A DNA stretch of 64,000 nt, taken from IMG/VR virus record IMGVR_UViG_3300027730_000005. The stretch is one strand, 5' to 3'. The translations under genes were made by a program, and so were the position numbers. The number at the start of each line of letters is the position of its first letter. Position 1 is the first letter of the stretch. The notes under the pieces are model-generated. The model made no database searches, was not told the DNA's origin, and saw only the letters and a list, made by a program, of their open reading frames with translations. This DNA is from a virus (taxonomy: Duplodnaviria > Caudoviricetes). Positions 38,801 through 48,804 of this stretch are shown here, one piece after another.

Positions 38801-40381
38801 AGCACTGGTGATGTTTCCTGAAACTGATATCAACGTACCAGTTAAACTAGTTGCGTTGAATAAAGTTGTTACATTGATATTATTAGCATTGACATTGCCC
38901 AGTAAACTAACACCAGTAGAGGTGAATGTGGCAACGGGGATAATTCCAGCTACGCTTACTACAACATTACCATTTGCACTAGGGATGGTGACATTACTAT
39001 TGCCATTTATAATCTGGGTACCAGTGGCAATGGTAAGATTAGTAAGTAGGCTGCCGTCTCCAATAAAATACGCACCAGTGTTGGCTGTGATGTTTCCAGT
39101 GACACTTACTATACCACCTGTAAAGCTGGCAGCATTAGCACGATTAGCGGCTATAATATTGTTGGCGGTGACGTTACCAGAGACTGAAACTAACCCACCT
39201 GTGAAGCTGGCCACATTCACAATATTAGTAAACATGCCATTGTTGGCAATTGCATTGCCGGTTACTGATAATGTGGTACCAGTTAGACTAGGAGCATTAA
39301 AATTAGCCACAACACTGATATTGTTAGCAGTGACATTTCCTGATACTGAAACTAACCCACCTGTGAAGCTGGCTGCGTTGGCTCGAGTGGTTGCAAAAAT
39401 ATTGTTGGCAAAGATATTGCCCGAAGTTGACACTAATCCTGCGGTATTTAAATTACCACCAGTAACATTGCCCGATACTGAAACTAGTCCACCTGTGAAG
39501 CTGGCAGCATTGGCTTGAGTGGTTGCAAAAATATTTCCACCGTTGATATTGGCACCTGTGACATTGCCGGAGACACTTACTAGTCCACCTGTGAAGCTGG
39601 CAGCATTGGATCGAGTGGTTGCAAAAATATTGTTGGCGGTAACATTGCCGGTGATCTCAACCCCATCTATGGTGAATACAGCCACATTGGGCACACCGGT
39701 CACAGCCACAGAAACATTTGAATTTGCAGCCACAACAATATTACTGTTACCGTTAACTATTTGAGTACCGCCAGGTATCGCAAGATTGGTAATCAGGCCG
39801 CCGTCACCTAAAAAGAATCCACCAGTAGAGATGTTGCCCGATGCTGAAATTATATTACTATTGACAGTTCCTGTGACATTGGCTATATTGGTAGCAGAAT
39901 CAAATGTAAATCCTGCCGAAGCGCCGGCATTGCCTGAATTGTTAAACAACACCTGTGTATTAGACCCAGGGACTGTGAGATTACCTGCTATGTTACCTGC
40001 AAAAGTCCCAATGAAATAACCATCTGTGTTGATGTTACCTGTAGCAAAAACCTGGCCACCAGTGTTGAGATTGCCGCCCCGGACGTTGCCTGTGGCTGAG
40101 ATATTACCAGCTGAGATATTACCAGCACTGGTAACAATCAAAGAATTTCCAATCAGCACATTGGCAGTGACATTGCCAGATGCTGTGACAGATACTAGAC
40201 TAATTGCATTGGTCCATACTCTGACTCCATCAGTTCCTAGTCTAAGAACATCATTGGCGTTGGTGCCATTGCCAAGATTTGGCTCAGCTTGATTTAATCC
40301 TAAGAATTGATAACGATCGGCTGTGAGATTGCCCAGATCTGTTACTGGAACACGCCCACTGATAAGTCTAGTTGAATTCAT
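35813..40381 (-). CDS. Long tail-fibre protein with collagen-like region
   Basis: 1522 aa; G/N/T-rich repeats; ~550 aa of G-X-Q triplets; shared C-terminal domain. Confidence 0.85.
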   Translation of the reverse strand: MNSTRLISGRVPVTDLGNLTADRYQFLGLNQAEPNLGNGTNANDVLRLGTDGVRVWTNAISLVSVTASGNVTANVLIGNSLIVTSAGNISAGNISATGNVRGGNLNTGGQVFATGNINTDGYFIGTFAGNIAGNLTVPGSNTQVLFNNSGNAGASAGFTFDSATNIANVTGTVNSNIISASGNISTGGFFLGDGGLITNLAIPGGTQIVNGNSNIVVAANSNVSVAVTGVPNVAVFTIDGVEITGNVTANNIFATTRSNAASFTGGLVSVSGNVTGANINGGNIFATTQANAASFTGGLVSVSGNVTGGNLNTAGLVSTSGNIFANNIFATTRANAASFTGGLVSVSGNVTANNISVVANFNAPSLTGTTLSVTGNAIANNGMFTNIVNVASFTGGLVSVSGNVTANNIIAANRANAASFTGGIVSVTGNITANTGAYFIGDGSLLTNLTIATGTQIINGNSNVTIPSANGNVVVSVAGIIPVATFTSTGVSLLGNVNANNINVTTLFNATSLTGTLISVSGNITSAGNILAGNISATGNIQGDNLRTNGLVTAVGNIQSAAQITATGNITTGGVITAVGNVQAAGFTYANGAAVAGSGAQGVQGVQGTQGVQGVQGVQGVQGVQAAQGTQGVQGVQGVQGIQGVQGVQGVQGLDGLFAGQGVQGVQGLDGQFAGQGVQGVQGSQGVQGVQGVQGVQAAQGTQGVQGVQGVEGLQGVQGVQGVQAAQGTQGVQGVQGTQGVQGLQGVQGVQGVQGISGLFAGQGVQGVQGLDGQFAGQGVQGVQGSQGVQGVQGVQGVQGVQAAQGTQGVQGLIGAQGTQGVQGVQGVQGVQGISGLFAGQGVQGVQGLDGQFAGQGVQGVQGVQGSQGLIGAQGTQGVQGVQAAQGTQGLSGLFAGQGVQGVQGLDGQFAGQGVQGVQGVQGSQGLIGAQGTTGAQGVQGVQGTDGLFAGQGVQGVQGRDGQFAGQGVQGVQGVQGVQGRDGQFAGQGVQGVQGVQGTSGLFAGQGVQGVQGLDGQFAGQGVQGVTGAQGTSGLFAGQGVQGVQGRDGQFAGQGVQGVQGTSGLFAGQGVQGVQGLDGQFAGQGVQGVTGAQGTSGLFAGQGVQGVQGRDGQFAGQGVQGVQGISGSFAGIGAQGTTGAQGTQGVIGAQGTQGVSVKIVNGTSEVNIGTPGGNANITIGGVGNIAVFSTGGLVLGGFISATGAVSAATTISATGNITGGNLISSGLISAASNVTGTSLLGSAVSVTGNLTSAGIVTTGAGGAISGTGTITGGGISSTGNITGSGNIIVGSATAGFKLSVDGPMILSAANNEVRFQSSGPWLLGNTNILYLGTASRATTANAKAILDNGGNFSLTGALSVNSSGGAIGIVNAAGNLVGNIGSATGYFNRVFAQAATALYADLAEVYEADADYSPGTVMVFGGNKEVTISTVDSSRRVAGVISENPSYLMNNGLTADHRAIVALTGRVLTLVVGNVSKGDMMVSAGNGRARAEENPLSGSIIGKSLEDFTGLEGMIEIVVGRL
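36930..38585. repeat. 9-bp-period collagen-like repeat with higher-order units
   Basis: ccttgtaca/ccttgtacg units; [21 protein letters not shown] blocks. Confidence 0.95.
39050..39660. repeat. Imperfect ~23-33-aa repeats ([15 protein letters not shown])
   Basis: ccacctgtgaagctggc and close variants recur ~5 times. Confidence 0.8.
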
Positions 40382-40388
40382 TCTGGCT

Positions 40389-40724
40389 TTATCCTGTTGA
40401 TGTTTCTAGCACGCTCAATGTCAATTGCGAAGCAGAATTTACATTAGCACCCACTGCAAAACTGTCACCAGTTTGTAATATCAATCTACCGCCCACAAGG
40501 TTTATTGCATCGTTTGGCGGCAATAGCGCACTTTGTACCAAGGCCACATTATTCCCAGTTATTTTATATATATTTCCACTCACTGCGATAGTGTTACCAG
40601 TGATATTACTGACCTGAGCCAACAGCACTACCGCGCTGTATCCGCTAGGGCAAGTATACACATTGCCAATGACATCGGTCACGGTTGCTGTTACTGTTTT
40701 AAATGCATTTAATACTGTTGCCAT
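40389..40724 (-). CDS. Small tail-associated protein
   Basis: 111 aa between fibre genes; AAGGA SD. Confidence 0.7.
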   Translation of the reverse strand: MATVLNAFKTVTATVTDVIGNVYTCPSGYSAVVLLAQVSNITGNTIAVSGNIYKITGNNVALVQSALLPPNDAINLVGGRLILQTGDSFAVGANVNSASQLTLSVLETSTG

Positions 40725-40744
40725 GTTGATTCCTTAACTGTTAC

Positions 40745-43084
40745 TTATGGCACTTCTTGCAAGGCCAATATGTAAGGGGTCATGATTGCAAACAATGATC
40801 GGTAGAAGTCATCTCCACTCACGGTTCCTGTTGCTTGATTCACTGTGAACCCTTTGCCTACTCTAAAGTTACCCTTCTGGTCTGTGCTAGTAAATGTAAC
40901 TACACCACCATTCACTGTGCGCACCTCGTTTTCAGGTATTGGTATTCCGCCGTACTGTGGCAATGCTGTGGCTGGAACAGTTCCGGCTCCTACATATTCA
41001 AATGTGTGTGCGCTGGCAATAATAGCACTGCGGGTGTAGAATTCTAAATTGGTGCCAGGCACCAGATTGGCTGAAAATGTTTCTTGTATGAGTACAGTGG
41101 CATTGCCTGCCGATGGAGTATTGGGCTGTATAGTGTCAATAGTGTAATATGTTATGGGGAACAGATTTACGTCCCATGCACTGTATGTGCCCGACCCGTT
41201 GGTGCCAGTCACATCCACAATCAAGTCACCTGTGAGTGTATCATATGATTGTACTTCACCAGTCATGAAATTGATCGAATCATATGCTATGATTACATCT
41301 TGCCCTACCGAATATGATAATCCTGTTCCTATGATCAACGAAGCCACCTGGATTGCAATAGTAAGTGTAGTGCTGCTGGTAGTAACGTAGTCAAAATCAT
41401 TTATAACCATCACGGTATTCACGTGAGGTTGTCCATTGCTTAACCCTTCAATCACAAAAGTTCCAGCGGTGCTGTAACCCACGGTGTTGCCCGAAGTTTG
41501 TAGTGGGCCTATCCCTTCAGATACCAAACCGTAGTTACCAATCGAGCAATCCGATCCGTTAAGTGTCACAAACGAACCGCTACGTGTTCTTAGGCCAATA
41601 TCAGCAGCAATGGTGTAGATGTTAACTGCTTGACTGTATGCGCTGTTGAGTAGATCGACACCAATACCACCACGATTGATAATGGTATAGAAACCCAAAA
41701 TCATGGCCTTGGTGCTAATACCGCTAACAAGACTGCCGTCAATCCGGCAACCAGTTCCTGTAGTAGTAGTCGATGTGATATTCTGTATGTAAGGACTCAC
41801 AAACACATTCTGCCCTGGTGTAGCAGGATCATATGCAAATGCTGCACCCAAGTAATCTCTCACCGAGATCCCCCATACATAGGTGCCATTGGTCATGTAA
41901 AACAAGTCAGTGGCTGGATCAGCTGGTTTAATTGTGACTGTGCGTAGGTTATCCCCCATGAGTGCTGTGTTACGAGGAATTGTGATAGGAGTCTGTTCAA
42001 CATATGTGCCCGACGATACACGGATAGCAACGTTGCCGTTCAGTGCAGTTGCTGCGGTACAGGCCTGTTTGATAGTACGGAATGGAGTATTCAATCCACC
42101 GTCGTTTGAGTCGCTGCCGTTTGTGGCCACATAGAATGTGTTAGAAACTGATGGAATAGGTCCTAACACATTGCCACTGGCACTAAGGATGCTGGTGTTG
42201 ATACGTTGGGCTAGGATTGTGCTGACATCTAGTTCGTTGTCTATGGTCACCGTGGCCGAGAACCGGGTGTCCGGTGTGACTACAATTTGACTGCTGTCCG
42301 GAGAATCAATCAAGGTGGTAAAAATGTTACCATATACTCCCTGATTACCTATGATAGTATTGCCCTGAACTGTGTTGATACCTATAACATTGTTACCAAT
42401 CACATTGCCCACAGCCGACACGTAATTTAGACTGCTGACAGTATTGCCAATAACACTTCCAGTAACACTGACTGCGCCAGTTACACTTAGACCAGTTGTG
42501 GTGAATACGGCCACATTTGATGTGCCTGCAATGGTAACATTGGCATTGCCGTTTGCTGTAAAAAATCCCAACTCACTGCTGCCAAAAGCTATGGCGTTTC
42601 TAGTGATATTACCTGCAATTGTAGCGTTACCTGTAATGTTAAGATCGCCGTAAACAGTTACCAAACGATCAGCAACTTCCAATGTTAAATTTCCATTGGC
42701 CACGGTGTTTACATTGCCATTTGTGACAGGAATGCTTACATTGCTGGTGCCATTGGTCAGGGAACTGGCGCTGGAAATATCAGTAAGATAATATCCATTA
42801 CCTACAAAATTAGTTTGTGCAACTACATTGCCGGTTGCTGTTAAATTGCTACTAGTCACTCCATTGAAAGCTATAGTCATTACATTGGGCACATCTCCTA
42901 CCATTGCATAGATAGCACCACCTGCAGCGGGGATATTTATATTGCTAGTGCCATTGGAGATTTTGGTAGTGCCAAACTGTTGCAGTTGGGCAAAATTGTT
43001 GTTTATTTTTATATACGCCGTGCGTAATGGGTCACCGGTTCCGTCATCGGGCTGGGCACCAACATCCACATATTCATAGGTCAT
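40745..43084 (-). CDS. Tail/baseplate protein with gp9/gp10-like N-terminus and beta-helix-like domain
   Basis: DDGTGDPLR.A..KIN.NF motif; FYVATNGSDSNDG. Confidence 0.75.
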   Translation of the reverse strand: MTYEYVDVGAQPDDGTGDPLRTAYIKINNNFAQLQQFGTTKISNGTSNINIPAAGGAIYAMVGDVPNVMTIAFNGVTSSNLTATGNVVAQTNFVGNGYYLTDISSASSLTNGTSNVSIPVTNGNVNTVANGNLTLEVADRLVTVYGDLNITGNATIAGNITRNAIAFGSSELGFFTANGNANVTIAGTSNVAVFTTTGLSVTGAVSVTGSVIGNTVSSLNYVSAVGNVIGNNVIGINTVQGNTIIGNQGVYGNIFTTLIDSPDSSQIVVTPDTRFSATVTIDNELDVSTILAQRINTSILSASGNVLGPIPSVSNTFYVATNGSDSNDGGLNTPFRTIKQACTAATALNGNVAIRVSSGTYVEQTPITIPRNTALMGDNLRTVTIKPADPATDLFYMTNGTYVWGISVRDYLGAAFAYDPATPGQNVFVSPYIQNITSTTTTGTGCRIDGSLVSGISTKAMILGFYTIINRGGIGVDLLNSAYSQAVNIYTIAADIGLRTRSGSFVTLNGSDCSIGNYGLVSEGIGPLQTSGNTVGYSTAGTFVIEGLSNGQPHVNTVMVINDFDYVTTSSTTLTIAIQVASLIIGTGLSYSVGQDVIIAYDSINFMTGEVQSYDTLTGDLIVDVTGTNGSGTYSAWDVNLFPITYYTIDTIQPNTPSAGNATVLIQETFSANLVPGTNLEFYTRSAIIASAHTFEYVGAGTVPATALPQYGGIPIPENEVRTVNGGVVTFTSTDQKGNFRVGKGFTVNQATGTVSGDDFYRSLFAIMTPYILALQEVP

Positions 43085-43137
43085 AGATACATATCCTCTG
43101 GTGTATTTACCAGAGCTGCGTATCTATGTCTAACAGA

Positions 43138-43458
43138 CTAAACGGAGAAGCTTGATCCGCATCCGCAGGTGCTGACCGCGACGGGATTGTTGATTACAAA
43201 GCTGGAACCCATGACGTCCTCACGAAAATCAATGGTAGAACCTTGTAAATATTGCATGCTCATGGCATCTACTATTACATGTACTTCTTCATAATTGAAG
43301 TCAAAATCGTCTTCATTTTGCTCTTCATCAAAGGTAAATCCATAACTGAATCCTGAACATCCGCCACCTTGTACAAACACTCGTAGCTTGATTGCAGGGT
43401 TGGCCTCTTCGGCAATGAGTTCTCGCAGTTTTGTGACTGCTCCTAGTTCTAGTTTCAT
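43138..43458 (-). CDS. erpA: A-type Fe-S carrier (ErpA/IscA family)
   Basis: [13 protein letters not shown]; CGCGSSF. Confidence 0.92.
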   Translation of the reverse strand: MKLELGAVTKLRELIAEEANPAIKLRVFVQGGGCSGFSYGFTFDEEQNEDDFDFNYEEVHVIVDAMSMQYLQGSTIDFREDVMGSSFVINNPVAVSTCGCGSSFSV

Positions 43459-43470
43459 AATGTGTTTAGT

Positions 43471-44013
43471 TTATAGTCTATCTGAGCACACATCCCAGTT
43501 GATGATACGCCAGATGTTGTTGAGATATTTTTCTTTTTCCCACTGATAGTCAGTGGCCCAAACATGCTCCCACCAGTCAATAAGTACACATATATCTGTA
43601 CGTACAGCATGATTTTTGATGGTTTTGATCTCTCCACCGGTGCTCAAGTAAACCCAACCCGATCCCTGGATTTTCATTGCTGTTTCTTTCACAGCGTCTT
43701 GAAATGCTTCGTAACTTTTGAACTTGCGTTCAATCAGTTCCAATACAGCGCCTCTAGGTCGATTTGTGCCTCGGGGCGGTTGTAATTGTGGGAAGAATTT
43801 GTTGTGCAAAAAGCTACCTGCACGATTAAAATCAGCATCACCTTCGCCGGCATTGTAGCGTTTGGCATAGCCTTTGGCCAGATGCTCGTAGTGATAGTTG
43901 ATACTGTCTGCACTCAGCACAGGTGCTAACTCGTCAGTAGCATAAGGCAGAGGTGTAGTTTCCAGTTTGGCTGGTCTTGTGCTGGCTTCTAATAGATCAA
44001 TATGTTCACGCAT
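43471..44013 (-). CDS. sod: Fe/Mn superoxide dismutase
   Basis: LPY...L.P; metal ligands EH, LH, DWWEH; GSGWV. Confidence 0.9.
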   Translation of the reverse strand: MREHIDLLEASTRPAKLETTPLPYATDELAPVLSADSINYHYEHLAKGYAKRYNAGEGDADFNRAGSFLHNKFFPQLQPPRGTNRPRGAVLELIERKFKSYEAFQDAVKETAMKIQGSGWVYLSTGGEIKTIKNHAVRTDICVLIDWWEHVWATDYQWEKEKYLNNIWRIINWDVCSDRL

Positions 44014-44021
44014 GCAAGTAT

Positions 44022-44240
44022 TTAGCGCCGACGGGTAATACGCCCTTTGGTGAGATCATACGGTGAAAATTCAATCAACACCCTATCACCCAGTAAGATC
44101 TTGATATCATGCTTGCGCATACGGCCTGAGATATAGCCGATAACTGGGTTTTTTACACCATCTAACTGTATACGGAACATGGTATTTGGTAGGACTTCTA
44201 GTACCTTGCCTTCTAATTCTATGTTTTCTTCTTTTGCCAT
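44022..44240 (-). CDS. infA: Translation initiation factor IF-1
   Basis: [17 protein letters not shown]; ISGRMR..I.IL.GD.V..E.SPYDL.KGRI. Confidence 0.96.
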   Translation of the reverse strand: MAKEENIELEGKVLEVLPNTMFRIQLDGVKNPVIGYISGRMRKHDIKILLGDRVLIEFSPYDLTKGRITRRR

Positions 44241-44251
44241 TGACCTATTAC

Positions 44252-44653
44252 TTAGCTAAAGTTGATTTCTGCTGTGATCTTTTGCAGACGGTCAAAACGG
44301 AAACTACGCCATTCATTTTTCTCCAGGTCAAATACTCGTAGACTGTGCGGATCTGGTTCTTTACGTGATTTCTTGCTTTTGACCAGCCCGTCCACATTTG
44401 CTGTGCTGGTGCTGAAAATTGCAGCATCAGGTTGTGCAGGCATCCGGCTGCTGTCTAGGGTACAAAGCATGTCACGTACAGAGCCATCGGCTTTGACAAA
44501 GGTCACAGTGATTGGGTTCTTTTGTAACAGACTGCGCACCCAGTCTCGGATTACAGTTTTTTCTGTGTCTGTGGATTCTTGATATTGTGTGCCCGGTGCT
44601 TTTTTGAGCAGTCGAAACACTTCACTCTTTTCCCAATCCATTATTGTATCCAT
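44252..44653 (-). CDS. WYL_2/Sm-like beta-barrel protein
   Basis: [13 protein letters not shown]; [14 protein letters not shown]. Confidence 0.8.
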   Translation of the reverse strand: MDTIMDWEKSEVFRLLKKAPGTQYQESTDTEKTVIRDWVRSLLQKNPITVTFVKADGSVRDMLCTLDSSRMPAQPDAAIFSTSTANVDGLVKSKKSRKEPDPHSLRVFDLEKNEWRSFRFDRLQKITAEINFS

Positions 44654-44674
44654 ACTATCTCCTTTTAAAAATTT

Positions 44675-44911
44675 CTACGACCACTTCAACGCAAACCAAG
44701 TTGCCAACTTTGGATCCTTGACTGTGATAGTTGGTATGTATTCAACTGTGGCGTCGCCCAATGGTTGTGGATTTATTTCCTTTTCAACACGCTCATAGAA
44801 CCAGTCATAATCAGTGCCGTCTTTGGGTTTGTTCAAATTGCCTCTGCCCACATTTTTCCACAACCATTCTGTACATCCTGATGGCACACCTTGCCGAAAC
44901 TCTAATGTCAT
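44675..44911 (-). CDS. Small 'F-x-L-K/R-W' family protein
   Basis: Ends ATWFALKWS; start reset to ATG 44911. Confidence 0.75.
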   Translation of the reverse strand: MTLEFRQGVPSGCTEWLWKNVGRGNLNKPKDGTDYDWFYERVEKEINPQPLGDATVEYIPTITVKDPKLATWFALKWS

Positions 44912-45156
44912 GACCACCTCAACAAGAATAACGTAGCATCTTTACTTTCCTCAAAAGCAACCTCTCCGCCCCACCATAACTGGTATTCTCCGCAGTGTGT
45001 GTTTATCCAGTTTATTACATCCTGGCTATCATGGTGCAAGAATAAATTTGGTACCTGGACAATGGTCCATCCCCGAGCTTTGCACAGCACTTGTGCATCA
45101 ATAGTATCAGACAAGTTTTTTGCAATTTTATCAATATATTCTTGTTGTAAATTCAT
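44908..45156 (-). CDS. Small 'LRW' family protein
   Basis: Ends ATLFLLRWS; TAATG overlap. Confidence 0.75.
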   Translation of the reverse strand: MNLQQEYIDKIAKNLSDTIDAQVLCKARGWTIVQVPNLFLHHDSQDVINWINTHCGEYQLWWGGEVAFEESKDATLFLLRWS

Positions 45157-45545
45157 TATGACCACCTTAATGCCGCCATTGTAGCATACTTGGCATATTT
45201 CTGTCTAATCTTTATTGATAGACGATTTGCAGCCACATCATTATTGGCCATACCCCAGTTCCAATCCCACCCTTGCCGACCAACATGCTGTTCCATCCAA
45301 GGACGATAATGATCGTTTGGGTCAGCACTGTCAACATATTCAAAGCATTCGCCTATACCCGACCATCCATCTCTATGACTGGGTCCAACTTTTACCGGTC
45401 CCTTTGGCCACGCTACATTGACCACAACCCCGGGCATGAATCTCCACCAAAGTTTGTCATAAAAATTAAGACCGCAAGGCGTCCACCTGCTGAGTCCATT
45501 CAAGTTTTTCCAACAGAACAATCCTTTGATTTCACTCTTGCTCAT
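45156..45545 (-). CDS. 'LRW' family protein
   Basis: Ends ATMAALRWS; ATGA overlap. Confidence 0.75.
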   Translation of the reverse strand: MSKSEIKGLFCWKNLNGLSRWTPCGLNFYDKLWWRFMPGVVVNVAWPKGPVKVGPSHRDGWSGIGECFEYVDSADPNDHYRPWMEQHVGRQGWDWNWGMANNDVAANRLSIKIRQKYAKYATMAALRWS

Positions 45546-45742
45546 GCCCACCTCAATGCAAACCACATGGCATCTTTACCCTCGCCAAAATAATACACGA
45601 TACTAGAGTCATTTACCCAACCACCGGGCACCGACTTTAGTCTTGTAGTATTAACAGACTCATTGGTAATATAACTAGGACAATTTTCTTTAGCCCATGC
45701 TAATGCAGTCCAATCTGGATCGTAGGGTAGTGTAACTGTCAT
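45542..45742 (-). CDS. Small 'LRW' family protein
   Basis: Ends AMWFALRWA; ATGA overlap. Confidence 0.75.
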   Translation of the reverse strand: MTVTLPYDPDWTALAWAKENCPSYITNESVNTTRLKSVPGGWVNDSSIVYYFGEGKDAMWFALRWA

Positions 45743-45969
45743 GACCACCTCAGTATAAACCAAGTACGATCTGCTTCTTCACGGAACCAATACTTTTGAT
45801 TACTGCCCACCCAACGAGCATTTTCTGTAAACCAATTATTTTGACCCATTATATCCAGCAGCCATTTATTCATATCATACCACTCTTGTTCATTATAGTT
45901 GTATGGTCGAATCCAATAGGGCCATTTGGGTTGATTGTCAGCATAACCAGTTTCAAGGCGTTTTGTCAT
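45739..45969 (-). CDS. Small 'LRW' family protein
   Basis: Ends RTWFILRWS; ATGA overlap. Confidence 0.75.
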   Translation of the reverse strand: MTKRLETGYADNQPKWPYWIRPYNYNEQEWYDMNKWLLDIMGQNNWFTENARWVGSNQKYWFREEADRTWFILRWS

Positions 45970-46355
45970 CGACGCATATGTGCAGAATCTTCTGCTGCCT
46001 GCCGATTGAACACTGGCTGCAAACAACTCTTGTGCATCACAGCAATGCCAATGATCTCAGTACCTGTATACACTTTGACGTTGGAACTAGTATCATGCCC
46101 TTGGGTCACGCGGCTAGGAATATGATGTGTGTTAGTACGACCCACTGGCGTGTTTAGTTTATACACCAGTGGGTCTGCTGCCATTGCCCGTTTACGCTTG
46201 CGTTCTTCAGCTTCCACACCCTGGCGTTTCAACAGTTCTTTCCAGCTTGAATCTAGCTCACGGGCACGAGCAGCTTCGGCAGCATTGCGAAACTTGACCT
46301 TGCCCCGCTTTTTGCCACTCATACTGAGACTGGGGTGTGCTAAATGCATTGTCAT
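45966..46355 (-). CDS. Basic hypothetical protein
   Basis: Start MTMHL; GGAG SD; promoter upstream. Confidence 0.7.
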   Translation of the reverse strand: MTMHLAHPSLSMSGKKRGKVKFRNAAEAARARELDSSWKELLKRQGVEAEERKRKRAMAADPLVYKLNTPVGRTNTHHIPSRVTQGHDTSSNVKVYTGTEIIGIAVMHKSCLQPVFNRQAAEDSAHMRR

Positions 46356-46378
46356 ATGTATCTCCAAGTAATGCTGTT

Positions 46379-46407
46379 ATTATAGCATATACAGGATTAT
46401 TGGTCAA
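46379..46407 (-). promoter_or_regulatory. sigma70-like promoter
   Basis: TTGACC-17-TATAAT. Confidence 0.8.
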
Positions 46408-46421
46408 GTAGTACTAGAGTA

Positions 46422-46730
46422 TTACCTGAACAGCAGCAGGGCCATGAGCACAGCTTGCACAATAAAGCCCAGGCCAATTGTGATGATGTTGAGCATGTCT
46501 TTGAGCACCACAGCACGTAGGAACATCAGTACCAGGCCTGCCCACATAAACAATACCATATCCAGCTGTGGGGCACGGTCGCTGAGTCCAGACATTAGAG
46601 CCAACAAGGTGGGAATGGTAGCAGCGTGAATCACAATCACTGAAAGCCAACCCAGGGTCTCTGCTGAGATTTTTCCAAAGTGTTCAACAAAGAAGTTTCG
46701 AACTGCGGGCACAATGTTGTTGATGTTCAT
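46422..46730 (-). CDS. Membrane protein
   Basis: Three hydrophobic segments. Confidence 0.7.
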   Translation of the reverse strand: MNINNIVPAVRNFFVEHFGKISAETLGWLSVIVIHAATIPTLLALMSGLSDRAPQLDMVLFMWAGLVLMFLRAVVLKDMLNIITIGLGFIVQAVLMALLLFR

Positions 46731-47305
46731 GAGCGGTCTCCGTAAAAAATATGACGTCCAATTTTTTCAATCCGGGGCAGTTTCCACCCCGGGCTAACAT
46801 AGTCAGCATGATAGTAAAGTGCATCTTCTAGACCAGGCAATCTAAATCCTTCCAGCAACACTTTTTTGGCCACAATCTCTGATTCATTCCACAAGGGTTT
46901 GTTAATTGCACGAGTGGTATGGTTGCCTTCGCAGTACCAGCTAAACTGACAAACTACTTTTTCGTAGAATACATTTTTCTGATACACTACCCCGCAAACA
47001 GAATCGGGAAATTTTCCAGACTCCATTCGATTCAGGGTAACCTGCGCCACACCAACTTTGCCTTCAAACGGCTCACTGGCCGCCTCCCAGTAAATGTTGC
47101 GTGTCAAACATTCTAGCTCTTTGGTTCTTTGAGCTGCTGACACATAATTGTCAGACATGTTGTTGTTTGCTTGTCGTAGGTAATCGAGTTTTGTAGTGCT
47201 AGTCACAAACACAGCAGCCAACACCACCCATAGTCCAAAGACTTTTAGTAGGCGTGAGCTCCAGGTTGCAACTTGCAAAGTGGTTGAGGTTACATTTGCG
47301 TTCAT
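46727..47305 (-). CDS. SleB-like cell wall hydrolase
   Basis: CL..NIYWEA..E; VAQVTLNR; CQFSW; YYHADYV.P.W. Confidence 0.9.
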   Translation of the reverse strand: MNANVTSTTLQVATWSSRLLKVFGLWVVLAAVFVTSTTKLDYLRQANNNMSDNYVSAAQRTKELECLTRNIYWEAASEPFEGKVGVAQVTLNRMESGKFPDSVCGVVYQKNVFYEKVVCQFSWYCEGNHTTRAINKPLWNESEIVAKKVLLEGFRLPGLEDALYYHADYVSPGWKLPRIEKIGRHIFYGDRS

Positions 47306-47399
47306 AGGCTGTTACTTAGTAGGTAGTACCACATTGTGAAGCATAGCCCCACAAAATGGTACGTTTTGGCCAATAAGTGGGTAGTTATCCCACAATAGT

Positions 47400-47428
47400 A
47401 TTATAGCACAGTTTGACTTATTGGTCAA
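47400..47428 (-). promoter_or_regulatory. sigma70-like promoter
   Basis: TTGACC-17-TATAAT. Confidence 0.75.
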
Positions 47429-48218
47429 ACTTGCAAACCGGGATTGGTTGCATTTTGTGCATGTTTTTAGCACGAAGCTCTTGATAACGTTTTAGCTTTT
47501 TGCGATCGTCTGCTGACAGCTTGGTACTGCCGGGCATGTCCGAGTCCACCGCCTTGACAAGTTTTAAGAAGTCCAAGGCCATCATGCGTTCTAGATCAGG
47601 GTAAGTCATGCCAATCTGATCTTCATCTGTACGACCATCTGCCCAAAGTCCATCAGTAGGAGCAGCATCGATGATCTCCGGTGCTACGCCAAGTTCGCGA
47701 CCCATGTCCCATACATGTGTTTTGAGACAGTCGCCAATGGGACTGAGGTCTACTCCACCGTCACCATATTTAGTAAAGAATCCCACTCCAAAATCCTCTA
47801 CACGGTTACCTGTACCTACCACAATACCCTTCATGCTTTGTGCAATCTGATACAAAGTCATCATGCGCAATCTGGCTCTACTGTTGGCATACGCCAGTTC
47901 ATTGTATACACCATCTGCTGTGGCTTTTTCAAACTGTTTAAATGCAGCAGTAAGATCAATATTTTTGTGCAGCACAGTGTTGGGGAATTTCTCTAACAGC
48001 CAGGCTCCATGTGCCATGCTTAGACTGTGAGTGGCCTTGCTTTGACAAATGGGCATGCTCACCGCATGTACATTTAGTCCGGTCATAGCACACAAGGTAC
48101 TGACCACAGCAGAATCAATTCCGCCAGAGATTCCTATCACTAATGTGTCAATTTTGGCACTTCGGGCATATGCACGAATCCACTTGACAATTGTGTTGAT
48201 ACGTTGTTTTGGGGTCAT
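47418..48218 (-). CDS. nadE: NH3-dependent NAD+ synthetase
   Basis: GISGGIDS; N.RARLRM; GTGN..E; GFFTKYGDG; APTDGLW; DEDQIG. Confidence 0.93.
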   Translation of the reverse strand: MTPKQRINTIVKWIRAYARSAKIDTLVIGISGGIDSAVVSTLCAMTGLNVHAVSMPICQSKATHSLSMAHGAWLLEKFPNTVLHKNIDLTAAFKQFEKATADGVYNELAYANSRARLRMMTLYQIAQSMKGIVVGTGNRVEDFGVGFFTKYGDGGVDLSPIGDCLKTHVWDMGRELGVAPEIIDAAPTDGLWADGRTDEDQIGMTYPDLERMMALDFLKLVKAVDSDMPGSTKLSADDRKKLKRYQELRAKNMHKMQPIPVCKFDQ

Positions 48219-48802
48219 AGTGTTGGCGGTTGCATTTTCTTGAGTGCTTCCCACATCTGACTTTTCTCTTGGCATTTCTTTTCCAGTTTTCTATATCGTT
48301 CGCCAAGTCGGCGTAGATCATCCCATTCTTTTTCCATGTCAGGATTAGGTGTGAGAATGTTGAGTCTTTGTTCTATCTTGTCCATCCAGGCACTCATGCT
48401 TTTGCCATTGATCTCAATGTCGGCGGTTTGGCCCTTTAGACTCATTTTGCCGCTTTGATCAATGTTTGCTAAAGAAATATTACCCGGACTCCATGAGGTT
48501 GCCCCAGTGGCATTGGTGGTATAGATGTACGGTCCTACAGTACCAGAGGAGAGTCCTACAGTACCAGAGGAGAGTCCTACAGTACCAGAGGAGAGTGATC
48601 CTGTAGCACCAGTAACTTGCATATCACTAGCACTATACCCTACATCCATTGATCCAGTGACTTTACTAGTAGTCCATGGATATGCATTGGCATTTTGAAT
48701 TGTTTGATCGACTTGGTCTTGTGTTAGGATGTCAACAGAGTTCCAGATCTCGCGAATGTCGCGGAGGTTTTCAAGATCCAATGATGATAACTTGTGACTC
48801 AT
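48215..48802 (-). CDS. Hypothetical protein with S/G/T-rich repeat
   Basis: 195 aa; C-terminal coiled coil. Confidence 0.7.
   Translation of the reverse strand: MSHKLSSLDLENLRDIREIWNSVDILTQDQVDQTIQNANAYPWTTSKVTGSMDVGYSASDMQVTGATGSLSSGTVGLSSGTVGLSSGTVGPYIYTTNATGATSWSPGNISLANIDQSGKMSLKGQTADIEINGKSMSAWMDKIEQRLNILTPNPDMEKEWDDLRRLGERYRKLEKKCQEKSQMWEALKKMQPPTL
48532..48594. repeat. 21-bp tandem repeat x3
   Basis: gtcctacagtaccagaggaga exact copies (LSSGTVG). Confidence 0.95.
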
Positions 48803-48804
48803 GA

